The notes under the pieces were generated by a model. It was not told the origin of the DNA, searched no databases, and saw only the letters and a program-made list of their open reading frames with translations. Below are positions 24,016-35,815 of a DNA stretch of 64,000 nt, piece by piece. Position numbers and translations under genes: made by a program. Every line of letters begins with the position of its first letter. Positions within the stretch are counted from its first letter, which is position 1. The stretch is from contig NC_067401.1 of assembly GCF_016432865.1 (NCBI RefSeq), forward strand, positions 29,822,001 through 29,886,000. Direction: 5' to 3'. Source of the DNA: Antechinus flavipes. Its lineage: Eukaryota.

Positions 24016-24431
24016 TGGAAGTGGATTTCTCTGACAAAGAGACTTAACTGAGTTTCATTGGAGAAATGATGGACAGAAACAGCTACACCCAAAGAAGGAA
24101 TACTGGGAAATGAATGTGAACTATTTGCAATTTTGATTTTCTTCCCGAGTTATTTTTACCTTCTGAATCCAATTCTCCCTGTGCAACAAGAGAACTGTTT
24201 GGTTCTGCAAATATGTATTGTATCTAGGATATACTGCAACATGTTTAGCATATATAGGACTGCTTGCCATCCTGGGGGGGGGGGGGGGGGAGGAGGGAGG
24301 GAGGGGAAAAAACGAAACATAAGTGATTGCAAGGGATAATGTCGTGTAGAAATTATCCTGGCATGGATTCTGTCAATGCGAAGTTATTATTAAATAAAAT
24401 AAAATTTATTATAAAAAAAAAAAAATAAAAT

Positions 24432-24447
24432 AAACACCTACTATGCG
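24432..24447 (+). repeat. L1 target-site duplication, right copy
   Basis: aaacacctactatgcg directly after the A-rich tail, identical to the left copy. Confidence 0.9.
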
Positions 24448-24649
24448 CCAGGCGTTGTGCTAAGCTCTGGGTATATAAAAAGATGCAAAAGACAGTCCCT
24501 GCTCTTAAGGAGCTAACAATCTAATGGGAAATAAATGCTTCTTTATCAAGCAAAGGTTTACTGTGTGCTGGGAGCCAGGGAGAGGAATAAAAAACAAGAT
24601 GGTCCTGGATTTCAATATGCTCACATATTAATGGGGGATATACCACATA

Positions 24650-25530
24650 AAAGACTATGTATATCACACACACACACACAAATAGGTAGAGACATATATA
24701 CATAGGTTGATATATAGATCGTTAGGTACATGTACACTTAGATTTGTAGATACATATACATACATAGATTGTACATAGATTATAAGATACATAGGTTGGT
24801 ATATACATAGATACAATTATACATAGATCAATAGATATATACATACATAGATTGTTACATAGATAGATACATACACAGAGATTCATCCATAGATAGATAC
24901 ATATATACACACATAGACTGTTACATATATATCAATTGATATATAGATATATACTACATAGATTGATAGATACATAGGCAGATTAGTAATATGTACATAG
25001 ATACATGGATTGATATATACATAGATAAATATGCACACAGATTGATACATATATCTATAAATATCTATGTATCTATGTAATAATCTCCATATATATATAC
25101 ACATACACATACAGACATTGTTACATAGATACATAGATAGATACATACACAGAGAATTAGTACATAGATACATATATACATACATAGGTTGTTACATATA
25201 TAGATACATAGCTAGACATACACATTGATTAATAGATATATACATACATACATAGATTGTACATAGATTGATAATATGCACACCTTGATAATACATACAT
25301 AGATAAATACATATACAGAGACTAATACATGTATACATGCATGCATAGATATGTAGATCATACATAGGTGTATATACACAGATTGATAGATATATAAATA
25401 CATACCCGATATAGAGATTGATACATATATACATAGAGTCATACACAGAAATTAATGCAGAGATACAAACATACATAGACATAGAGATTTGATATATAGT
25501 ATCATACACACATAATGTATAGATAGATAT
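24650..25530 (+). repeat. Degenerate complex microsatellite (ATAG/ATAC/ATAT-rich)
   Basis: Recurring catagattgttacatagatagatacata-like units. Confidence 0.85.
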
Positions 25531-26436
25531 CCAAGAGAAGCATCTAGCAAGGTTGAGGACTGAAGAAGACCTCCTACAAAAGATAGGATTTGAGCATTTT
25601 TGAAAGAAGTCCGGGAAGCCAGGAGGCAGAGACAAGATGGGAGGGGATTCTAGACATCAGGAACAGTCAGAGCAAAGGCAGATATGGAGACAGAATGTTA
25701 TAATTAACATTAAGGAAAAGCATGGGGGCCAGTATGGCAACTATACATTGTGTGGTGTGAGAAGATCGGAATTGTAAGAAGGGGTTGATTGGTTAAGAGC
25801 TTTATATGCCAAAGAGAGGATTTGATCCTGAAAGTGATAGGGAGCCATTGGAGTAGGGGAGTGGGATAAAGTCAAAGCTGCGCTTTAGGAAGACCACTTT
25901 GTCAGTTAAGTGGAAGGTGGATTGGTGTGAGGAAAGGCTTGAGGGAACACTAGCAGGCATTGAGATAGACCGGGTCAGCTGATAAGGGACTGCACCAGGG
26001 TGAAGGCTATGAATGGAGAAAAGATAATGTATACAAGAAACATTGTGAAAGTTAAAATGACAAGAGCTGGCAACAGATTAATGTTCGAAGTAAATGTCAG
26101 TGGGAGGTCAAAGATGATATGGAGGAGACAAGATGGAAAGTGAAGTCTCTATAGTAACAGGAAAATTAAGAAGAGGAAAGGGATTGGTGAGGTGGTAAAG
26201 GTGTTAGACACCTATCACACACACACACTATTCATTTTGAGATATAGTGAAGGATAGAAGAGTCTGGTACTATGGTCCATGGCTTCACAGAGAGTTAGAC
26301 ATGATTCAACAACAACAAAAATGGAGGATCCAATTCAAGATGTTCAACAAATAGTTGATAAAGTGAAAATGGAACTCAGGAGAGAGACTAAGACTGGATA
26401 GATAATCCTGGGAATCACTTGTATAAAAATGAAAAT

Positions 26437-26930
26437 TGCTGTAAGAAATGATCAGCAGGATGATTTCAGAAAGGCCTGGAGAGATTTATATGAACTGTTG
26501 CTAAGTGGAGAGAACATTGTACACGGCAACAATAAGATTATGTGATGATCAATTCTGACGGACATGGCTCTTTTCAGCAATAAGATGCTGCAGGCCAATT
26601 TCAATGATCTTGTGATGAGAGAGCCATATGCACCAAGTATGGATCACAACATAGTATTTTCACCTTTTTTTTTGGTGGTTGTTGTTTGCTTGCTTTTTTT
26701 TCCTTTCTCATTTTTTCCTTTTTTGATCTAATTTTTCTTGTACAAAATGATGAATATAAAAATATGTTTAGAAGAATTGCACATGTTTAACCTACATGGG
26801 ATTACTTGCTGTCTAGAGGAGGTATGTGGGGGAAGAGAGGAAGAAAAATTAGAAACACAAAGTTTCATAAGAGTAAATGTTAAAAACTATCTTTGCATGT
26901 ATTTTTAAAATAAAAAACTATTATTTTAAA
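26437..26930 (+). mobile_element. Older L1 3' fragment (end of ORF2 plus 3' UTR)
   Basis: tgctgtaagaaatgatcagcaggatgatttcagaaaggcctggagagattta parallels 23879-23940 of the intact L1; ends in an AT-rich tail. Confidence 0.8.
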
Positions 26931-28413
26931 CAATGAGAACTGAATCATGAATGAATGAAAAAATTTTAAAAGCATTTGTTAAGTGTTTACTATTTGCAAA
27001 GCACTGGCAATGCAAAGAGAAAAATAAGATCATCCATATTCTCAAGAAGCTCTAATGGGGGAGATCACACATGGAAGATTTCCATTGCAAATCAGAATCA
27101 AAGGTCCCATGATTCCAAGGGTGCAGCAGCAAAGCAGATGGCCATGTCTCTTCTTTAATGTTATTTCTCCTAATAAAATCTTATCATTTCTCGCGTTGAA
27201 CTATTTAATAGCAGCAAGATATTTGGAGGCAAAAATGTTCTTTGATGACTTGTCAGAAGCTGTGGCTGTATCACCTGCAGGAGTGGTTGCCAGGCTGCCT
27301 CTCCACAGAGGTTGTTTCTAGGATAGTTGTTGCCAGGATGATGCCTGTGGGCACTGGGCTGGAAGAATTGCTATTTTCATGGCTTCTGGTTCAAAGTCCT
27401 AGACTGTCTCCACTGGGGTTTAAAGGAAAATGGTGGTCAAGGTGGTAGTGAGAGTTTGATTTGTCGGGCATATGCTGTCTCCTGTCTCTCCTCCAAGTGT
27501 CCTGCTGCTTCAACTAGGCTGACTTACCTCCAAGTGAGACCTGATAAGATCATCAAGTGAGATAGTATTAACTTTAAAAGGAGGGAAAGAGAAAAGAATC
27601 CAGGACAGAGCCCTGGGTGCCCCTTCGGTTAATGAGAAGGAATGAAAATCCACAAAGGAGACTAGAAGGACAAAGCCCTGGGGGGACCTATTAGTGAGCA
27701 TCATCTGTCACAGAGGTGGAGAGGAGGAAAACCTAGAGAGGAGAGAGCGTACAGGTAGAGAGGATATCAAAGTCTTCATCGTAAGACTAAGGTTCCAATG
27801 GGAGGTACAACAACGTGAGTAACGGAGAGGGGCTAGCCCTGATCCTTTGCACCCCAACCTGGGGAGAGGCACAAATTACTCTCTCCTCCTCTGTCCAGAT
27901 AGACCTAGGAGCATGAAGACAGTGGTTAATGACTTCTTCATCATAAGATTTTGAGTTGGAAGGGACCTTAGAAATTGTGTGGTCCAATATTCTCATATTA
28001 CAGAGTGGGACAGGAGAGAACATGTCAGGGCATATTAGATCATAGAATCTTGGGTTTAGAGTCAGAGGAGACTTCTTGAGGATCCAGCTCAACCCTCTCA
28101 TTTCATTTCTCCAAAACCTAGAGAGTTGGATCACCTAAGCAGCAAATGGAAGAGACAGGATTTGAACCCAAGACCTCTGATTCAAGAGCTGATGAGTTTC
28201 CCACTATCCCTCAGGGCTTATTGATGTAGCTCACCTCTAAAAAAAAAAAAAGTATTTTTTTTAAACAAAACTTTCATTCTTGAATGTGTTCTTTCTTTCC
28301 CCACCCATCAAGCCTTGCAAACAAAGAATAACAAAAGACATAAAACAGAGAAAAGAGGAGTCTGGCAAAATTCACCTCATTAAAGTGTGACAAAATCTGC
28401 AGTGTTAGACACC

Positions 28414-28451
<38 letters not shown>

Positions 28452-30454
28452 CCCAACTCTGCAAAGATGAAATCATAAATTCAGGACCTGCAGGGACCTT
28501 AGGGGACATTTATTCCAACCTCCTCATTCTACAGACGATGACACTGAGGTCATAGTGACACAGTGATTCCATCAAGGTTGAATAGATAGGGAAATTCTCT
28601 GTCCACAGGGCTGGTGCTGTTTAATTTGCTGGGGCTGTTTGAGTGGGGGCTTGCCTCCAGAGAGCTGCTTAGTAAGCTAAATGATCTAAATTGGGAAATC
28701 GGAAGGTCCTACAGCCCAGTTAAANNNNNNNNNNNNNNNNNNNNNNNNNNNNNNNNNNNNNNNNNNNNNNNNNNNNNNNNNNNNNNNNNNNNNNNNNNNN
28801 NNNNNNNNNNNNNNNNNNNNNNNNNNNNNNNNNNNNNNNNNNNNNNNNNNNNNNNNNNNNNNNNCCTTTACCGTATTAACCTGAATAGAAGAGTAGCTTT
28901 TCCATCAGCATTTCATAGAGAGAAATAATGACTGGCTGGGGGGTTGGGGGTGGTGTGGACCCTCAGGGGAAGGGGGAGAAGTAAGGAAGAACTTATACGA
29001 TGGGACAGAAGTTTCTTAGAAACCACTAACAGCCCTGATCTCTGGCTAGGAGAGGCTGCTCCTCAAGCAACACACTCCTCTTAGCAGTTGCTGATAGAAT
29101 CTAAGGGGAATCTGGGAGATGAAGCAATGGTGGAGGGAAGCCTAAACAAAGAGGGTAAGGGAGAAGACAGAAGAGCCCCATGATCGCTGGATCATGGGAT
29201 CCCAGATTTAGAATGGGAAGAGACCCCAGAGGCCATGTAGTCTAACCCCCTCCTTATACAGATGAGAAAACTGAGGCTCAGAAAGATTGAGTCAAGATTG
29301 AATAGACAGTAAATGGAAGAAGTGGAATTCAAGTAGGGACCTCAGGGGCCAACTCTCTCATTTTATGGAAGGATTTTAGGGATGAGATGATTTGCCCAAG
29401 ATCCCCAAGAAAACAGGCATCAAACAAGGGATTTGAACCCAAGTTCTTGTCCCCATGCCACACTAATGGACACTTCCATCAGGGGTTGGGCTGACTCCAT
29501 TTATAATGGAGTCTCAACCATAATACTTGAAAAATGGGTTGACTGGGGACAGTAACTGAGAATTGAAAAAGTTGTTTGGGGAGTTTTCATAGAAGGAAAC
29601 CATGGATGGTGATGGTGTCTCTGGAACTGGACAATTACGGCCGGGCCAATATGGCACATCTTCTGTGGTCATATCATTTAGCAGAGAGTGATAAATATGT
29701 GGTCCTCTTCTTTGTGCCCAAGTAAGGGGATTTACTTCCCTGGGGTCATGAAGTTCAGCTTCCCAACTAAAGTAACCGGCACGAGTCTCCCAGAGGGGAA
29801 GAGAAGGTTCTGGGGCTATGAGGGGGACAAATAAGGGTGTTTGCAGCCAGCGGTTGGGGAAGGGGCGAGCCCTCCAGGATGTGGATGGGATTTGTGACTC
29901 CCTTCCCCCACTCCTTGCTCCCCAGTAGAAATCAGCTACAAATCTCAGCTTGTTGGAAACAGATGGCCTTGGCTGACGAATAAGCCACCGCAGGCTGCTC
30001 CACCTGTTCTCAGGCTGGAATAATCAGCTCGAGAAACGTCGGGCGCCGAAATAACTTACGACAGCCTGCAATGTAAGAGCTCAAGTCCTGAAAATCTCGG
30101 AAGCAGACCACCCCTCGCCAGCTCCCCTCAAGCCCTCCATTCACCAACCCTAGAGGCCATTGGAGGAAGCTAATGGAGTAGGGAAGATAGATGGATAGAG
30201 GGACCCCGGAAATGTGCTTGAGGATTTGCCCCCCATATATACACAGAATGCTCTCCTTGAGAGCAGGGACCCTTTCATTTCTGTCTCCCCAACTTGGCCC
30301 TTAATGGGAACTTAATGAGTATTTGTTGACTGATTGGCAGCATAGGAAGAGGATGGCTGAGGGTGGAAGAAATGGAAGAGCATATTCTGCAGCTTAGCTG
30401 GTACCATTTATGTCTCTCTCCCATCTTTAGCAGTCTCCTCAGGTCAATCAATCC

Positions 30455-30813
30455 CTCAAAATAATGTGAAGATAATAATAGTGTCAAGATCAGAGATATA
30501 AAACTAGAAGAAAATTACCCAGTTCCACCACCTTATTTTACAAATCAGGAAACTGAGGCCCAAGAAGGTTGTGATATATGGGATTTTACATGGAAGGGTT
30601 CTCAGAGATCATTGAACACAATTCAGATCAATTTATCTCTCAAAATAATGTGAAAATAATAGTGTCAGGATCAGAGATATAAAACTAGAAGGGTTCAAAA
30701 ATCACCCAGTTCAATCACTTCATTTTACAAATCAGGGAACTGAGGCCCCAAAAGGCTAAGTGATACATGGAATTATAGGTGGGAGGGATCTCAGAGATCA
30801 CTGAGCACAATTC
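30455..30813 (+). repeat. Tandem duplication of a ~184-bp MIR-derived segment
   Basis: ctcaaaataatgtgaa..gatcagagatataaaactagaag..ttttacaaatcagg.aactgaggccc..ctcagagatca.tga.cacaattc starts at 30455 and again at 30639. Confidence 0.85.
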
Positions 30814-31938
30814 TCTCTTTTACAGAGAAAGCAAATGAGACTAAGGTAAATTATGTGACTTGGCAAGGTTATAATACAGTAATCTTCAGAGTAGGGGGTG
30901 GGGTGAAATTTTAAACTCAGACCCTGCTACTCCAGACTGGGCCTGGGCAGGGCCATGAAGATATGGGGTTAGAGTGGGGCTCAGTTCGCTATTTCTGAGG
31001 AGCAGAAGGGAGGACTGAGCCAAGTACCTTGGATTTAATTGAATTTTTACATCAAATGGATAATTCCTAATCTGAGCCCATGATTTGGCTAACAGCCTGG
31101 TGGCCCCAACCTTGTGGGGAACCTGGAAGCCTCTGGGCTGGTGGGAAAAAGCTTTGTCCTCTTGCTGATGAAGCTGCCCACAGTCAGCTGGGCTAATGCT
31201 CCCTGGCACAGAAGATGAGACCATCACTGGGAGTGACAGTCCAGGCAAACAGCAGTGACAGGGGAGAGGGGGGAGGAAATGGTGGGTTCAGGGCCAAGGT
31301 GGGGGCCAGTTGGAGAGAGGGAAGGAGAGAGGGGAGCAAGGAAGGGAGAGGCGGAAGAAGCACAGTGGGTAAAGTGGAATTTAAAACTGGAGTCCTGCGG
31401 TCAGATCATAGCTTTAAAGTGGATGGGGATCTTACCAGCCAATAGTCAGCCCAACACTCATTCACAGATGAAGCTACCGAGGCCCAGAGAAGGGACATGA
31501 TGACCAGGATCCCATGGGCAGTAAGAGGCCGAGGCAGACTTTCAACCAAGGTCACAGGATTGTAAATACAGACTTGCAAGGGACCATAACACTGCATTAC
31601 TAAGCCTCCAATTAATTTTAATCTCTTCTTCAATAGCCCTTTATTAAATATAATTTCAATTGCATGGTGGTTAGTAAAGGATTGTTTAATTTTTTTTTTT
31701 TTTTACATTTGCTAGTGAGTGCTGGAAGAGATCATGGAGGCCCTCATGTATAATTCCTTCATCTTACAGATGAGGAAACTGAGGCACAGACAAGGTCACA
31801 CAGCTATAAGCATTTAAGGTGAGATTTGAACACAGGGCTCCCTGATTTCAAGTTCAGCATCCTAACCACCGGCCCAGTTTGGGAATCCTGATCCAGAACG
31901 TCTAATCCAACCCGTTTACTTTACAAGACATGAGATCA

Positions 31939-32138
31939 GATCCGAATTTTCTTGTGCAGCACGATAATTATAGAAATACGCATAGAAGAATTGTACATGT
32001 TTAACACATTGGATTACAGAGAAGGGGTGTGGGAAAGGAGGGGCATTTGGAACACGAGGTTTTGCAAGGGTCAATGTTGAAAAATTATCCATGCGTATGT
32101 TTTGAAAATGAAAAGCTTTAGCTAAAAAAAAAAAAAAA
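31939..32138 (+). mobile_element. 5'-truncated L1 3'-end with poly(A)
   Basis: TSD aagacatgagatca at 31925-31938 and 32139-32152; A-tail; sequence resembles the L1 3' UTR copy at ~26700-26930. Confidence 0.8.
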
Positions 32139-32306
32139 AAGACATGAGATCATAGATTTAGAAGTGAAGGAAACCCTAGAGATCATCTAAGTTCAACCCC
32201 CTTGGTTTATGGGAAATGACTTATTTGTTCATAGCTATTAAATGGGAATGTAATGCAAAGATTCAAATCCAGAGTTCTTGACATAAGTCCACTGTAATCC
32301 TTTCTT

Positions 32307-32521
32307 TTTTTTTAATTTTAATATCTTTTTATTGATAGAACGCATGCCAGGGTAATTTTTTACAGCATTACCCCTTGCACTCACTTCTGTTCCGATTTTT
32401 CCCCTCCCTCCCTTCACCCCCTCCCCCAGATGGCAAGCAGTCCTTTACACGTTAAATAGGTTACAGTATATCCTGGATACAATATATTTGTGCAGAACGG
32501 ACAGTTTTTTTGTTGTATAGG
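32307..32521 (-). mobile_element. 5'-truncated young L1 3'-end
   Basis: TSD gtaatcctttctt at 32294-32306 and 32522-32534; the reverse complement aligns by eye with 24180-24410 of the full-length L1. Confidence 0.85.
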
Positions 32522-35500
32522 GTAATCCTTTCTTCTAAAACTTTTTACTGCAGCCACCCCACCTCAGCCCCCCCCCCCCACTTCCCATGCCTCATGGATC
32601 CACCTCTAAAGGCCTGAGACAGGATCAAAATCCAGGTATACTGGCTTGGGTTTGGGGCTCGGTAGGGAATGAGAGGTCTCTTACAGGGTATAATGGGGGG
32701 AGGAAAGAGGAGGGGAGCACGGAGCCCTGGCTCTGAAGTTAGAAAATCTGGGCTCAAATTCTATCTTGGGAAATGACCTTGGAAAGGAATTTCATTTTCC
32801 CAGGCCTGAGTCTCTCCATCTGTAAAAAGAGGTGGCTGGACCACGTGGTCCATGAGGTCTCTTCCAGCTCTGGATCCTGGATCTTAGGAGGTCTCTATCT
32901 ATTGTTTCATGAGCCCTCAAAACCTCCAGGGGGTTAAGTATTAGCGGTGTGGCTCTAGAGAATCCGGTATTTGCATCCAGGAGCTCAGGCTATTCCTCCC
33001 CTCCCTCACCAAGCCCCCAATCCCGCATCTCCAGGGCCCTTTTCTCCATCGGAGGCAAGAGCTCCTTTGTGCTTTCTTCCTCTCTTGGTTTGTTCCTTCC
33101 TTGCCAACTTAGCAAGATTTTTGTGTGTGAATATGTGAAAGCAGGAGAAATTTCTGCCTCAGGCGAAAGTGAAAGCCTCCCCTGGGGGCGAACTCATTTG
33201 CTTGCTCAAGTGGCTCAGTGCTGAGCTCGGGACTCGCCGGGGTCTTGGACCTGGGAGTGCTGGGAAGCAGAGGCCAGGGTGGCGTTTGGAAGTCATGTTC
33301 CTTTCAGGGGGGGGGGGGGGGGAGGGGAGGGGCCAGGGACTCCTGGAAAGGGGGAAGGGGACTGGAAATCTGCAGTCCCTTCGTCCCCCCTCCCATACGC
33401 ACATACAGGAAGAAGGGCAGCTCCTGGGACCCTTTCCTCTCTAAATGTCAGTCACTGTCTATCTCCTTCCCTGTCNNNNNNNNNNNNNNNNNNNNNNNNN
33501 NNNNNNNNNNNNNNNNNNNNNNNNNNNNNNNNNNNNNNNNNNNNNNNNNNNNNNNNNNNNNNNNNNNNNNNNNNNNNNNNNNNNNNNNNNNNNNNNNNNN
33601 NNNNNNNNNNNNNNNNNNNNNNNNNNNNNNNNNNNNNNNNNNNNNNNNNNNNNNNNNNNNNNNNNNNNNNNNNNNNNNNNNNNNNNNNNNNNNNNNNNNN
33701 NNNNNNNNNNNCTCCTGCAAATCGGATTTTCTGGTCTTTCCAGCCCCCCTCCTCGGCCCCACTCTCTGCCCCAGTAACTGCTGGTGAAACAAATCCAGAC
33801 TCAAATCCGGAGCCCTCGGCTCTCCGGGTCCATCCTGGCAGCCTGGGCAGGGCTTGAGGGGGGAGGGGCAGGGAAGAGGAAGGGCCAGGGAGCTGAATCA
33901 TTTATAAAGCTTAATAAAGATGCAGATGAGCAGTTCAGTCTAGGAACCCAGAGCAGCCTGTGGTATTCATTATTCAAAGTTATGCAAATGCCAATGGACT
34001 GGCATTCCTCTCAGGCTCCTGGGAGTATCCTTTCTACTCACACCCAAGACCTGGCAGCCTGCCTACCTGGTGCCACCCTGAGTGGGCACGGTCCTTCACC
34101 CTTTCCTTGCTGCCTCTTTCGGGCACCTAACGCTTCTCCCTCCTTGGAAAGTCCTCCGCTGAGATGGCCCCGGCTCTGGGAAGTCTCCCCCAATGGACTG
34201 TGAAGCTCTTTCAGGTCCCCAACTAAGATGGCAGCTCCTCCAGGGGTTCCCTGCATAGAAGGTGAGTGCTAGACTTGGAGGAGTTCAGATTTTACCTCAG
34301 AAGCTAACTAGCTGTGTGACCCTGAACACATCACTGTCATTTTGCTGAGTCTCAGTTTCCCCATCTGTACCTTTCAGCTTTTTGTCTATGATATGTGTCC
34401 TCAGTGAAACAGCCTAACTAAAGCTAAGGAGGGAGGCAGGAAGGTGGAACGGGAAAAACGGAGCCACAGGACCCAAAGTCCAATTCCTGCCCCGTATGAT
34501 CTTGGAAAAGTCACTTTATCAGTCTAAGCCTGAGCTTTCCCTTCTCCAAAATGAAAGGGTTGAACCAGGCAACCTCTAAATCCCTTTGGCTCTGTGTCCT
34601 TAATCCTATAAGCCTTCTAAGGATCAGGCTAGCTGTGGGGGGATGCGCTTTAAAAGCACCTAGTAATATGTAAGGAGCTTTCAGTCTTTGTTGGTTCAGG
34701 GAAAACCTACATCATTAAGTCGGGGAGCCTAAAAGTACTGAGGGAAGATTCTATCCCAGACTCTTTCTGGCTTGTGCCTTCCACTGTTTTTGTTTGCCAG
34801 CTCCTTGCTATGAGGCAGCCTCATATCTAACCCCAGCTAGCTAGACCTCTCCTATTCTTTTGATCTCAACCAATCAACCAACCCACAAGCATTTATTAAA
34901 CACCTACTGTGTGCTGGCTATTATGGTGCATGTTGTCTCCAACATCTCTATAAAGACAAAAAAAAAGATTTCTAAAGAAGTTATTGTCAATTTTAATATC
35001 ACAAACATCTTCATTTCATATTAGGCGACACTCAACTTCACCATGGTCCAGAAACCCCTTCAACCTGGATGAGCACTCCAGCCTTGCAACTCACAGACTC
35101 ACACTTCAGAAATACCCTCTACTTCTAGGGTCCCTCCCTCAGCTGGTAGCCTGGAGAACTCCTCTCAGAGCCATTTCAAGAGGGCACCCAGGCTAGCCGT
35201 CTGAAATTTCCCATCAGGCTGCATTCCTCAAGATTTCTTCACCAGCTCTCCTAGGAGTACTTTCTCCCTTCTCCCCTTTCAGCTTCCTTTTATAAGGTCT
35301 CTATTCAAATATAAGCTTTTTGAGGACAGATGCTGTTTTTCTACTTTTATTTATATCTCTGGTGTTAGCATAGTGACTGGCACTTGTTAAGAACTTAATA
35401 AACGTTTGTTGACTGAATGACTAATAAATGGGAGGCTCTTTCTGGTGTTTAATGTAAATGCTTCCTGCAACAATCAAAACCTTTTTTTTTAAATTGAGAT

Positions 35501-35815
35501 TATATTGATGCTTCACAGCTACTTCTAGGATCCCAATTTTATGCAAATAAATCCCTATAAATCATTGTATTATTTAAATCTATATGGCATATTTCCATTG
35601 GTCTGGAAGCAATTTCCATATTTTATACACAATTATAACTTTAAATAGCTCAAATTTAAATATGTTACCATGTTATTCACACTGATTGACAGTCAGGAAA
35701 TGGAAGCTTAGAAAGGTGAAGTGACTTAGAGGCAAAATTTGAACTCAGGTCTTTGCTTCCATTTCATATACTATCGCCATGGTTCTCTGAACTCTTTGTA
35801 GTGAAATAAGTATAA

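Larger units (their letters stand above)
17974..24431 (+). mobile_element. Full-length LINE-1 (marsupial type), both ORFs open, TSD-flanked
   Basis: ~590 bp 5' UTR, ORF1, 516-bp spacer, ORF2, 3' UTR with G-tract, AATAAA and A-tail. Flanked by identical aaacacctactatgcg at 17958-17973 and 24432-24447. Confidence 0.97.
17930..26435 (-). mobile_element. Old L2 element fragmented by later insertions (pieces ~17930-17973, 24448-24530, 25540-26200, 26340-26435)
   Basis: The L2 terminal motif tcaatcaattaataagcatcgattaaacacctactatgcgccaggcgttgtgctaagc rejoins across the L1, followed by typical purine-rich L2 body sequence. Confidence 0.7.

Noticed and set aside
24521-25635. Y/I/M/C-rich ORFs (also 35848-37279)
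   Set aside because: Microsatellite translations, several running through N gaps.
29484-29519. Hairpin GACTCCATT-tat-AATGGAGTC with a short outer extension
   Set aside because: About one 9-bp stem is expected by chance in 64 kb and it is too short for a pre-miRNA; its 15-mer match with 50878-50892 is also within chance.
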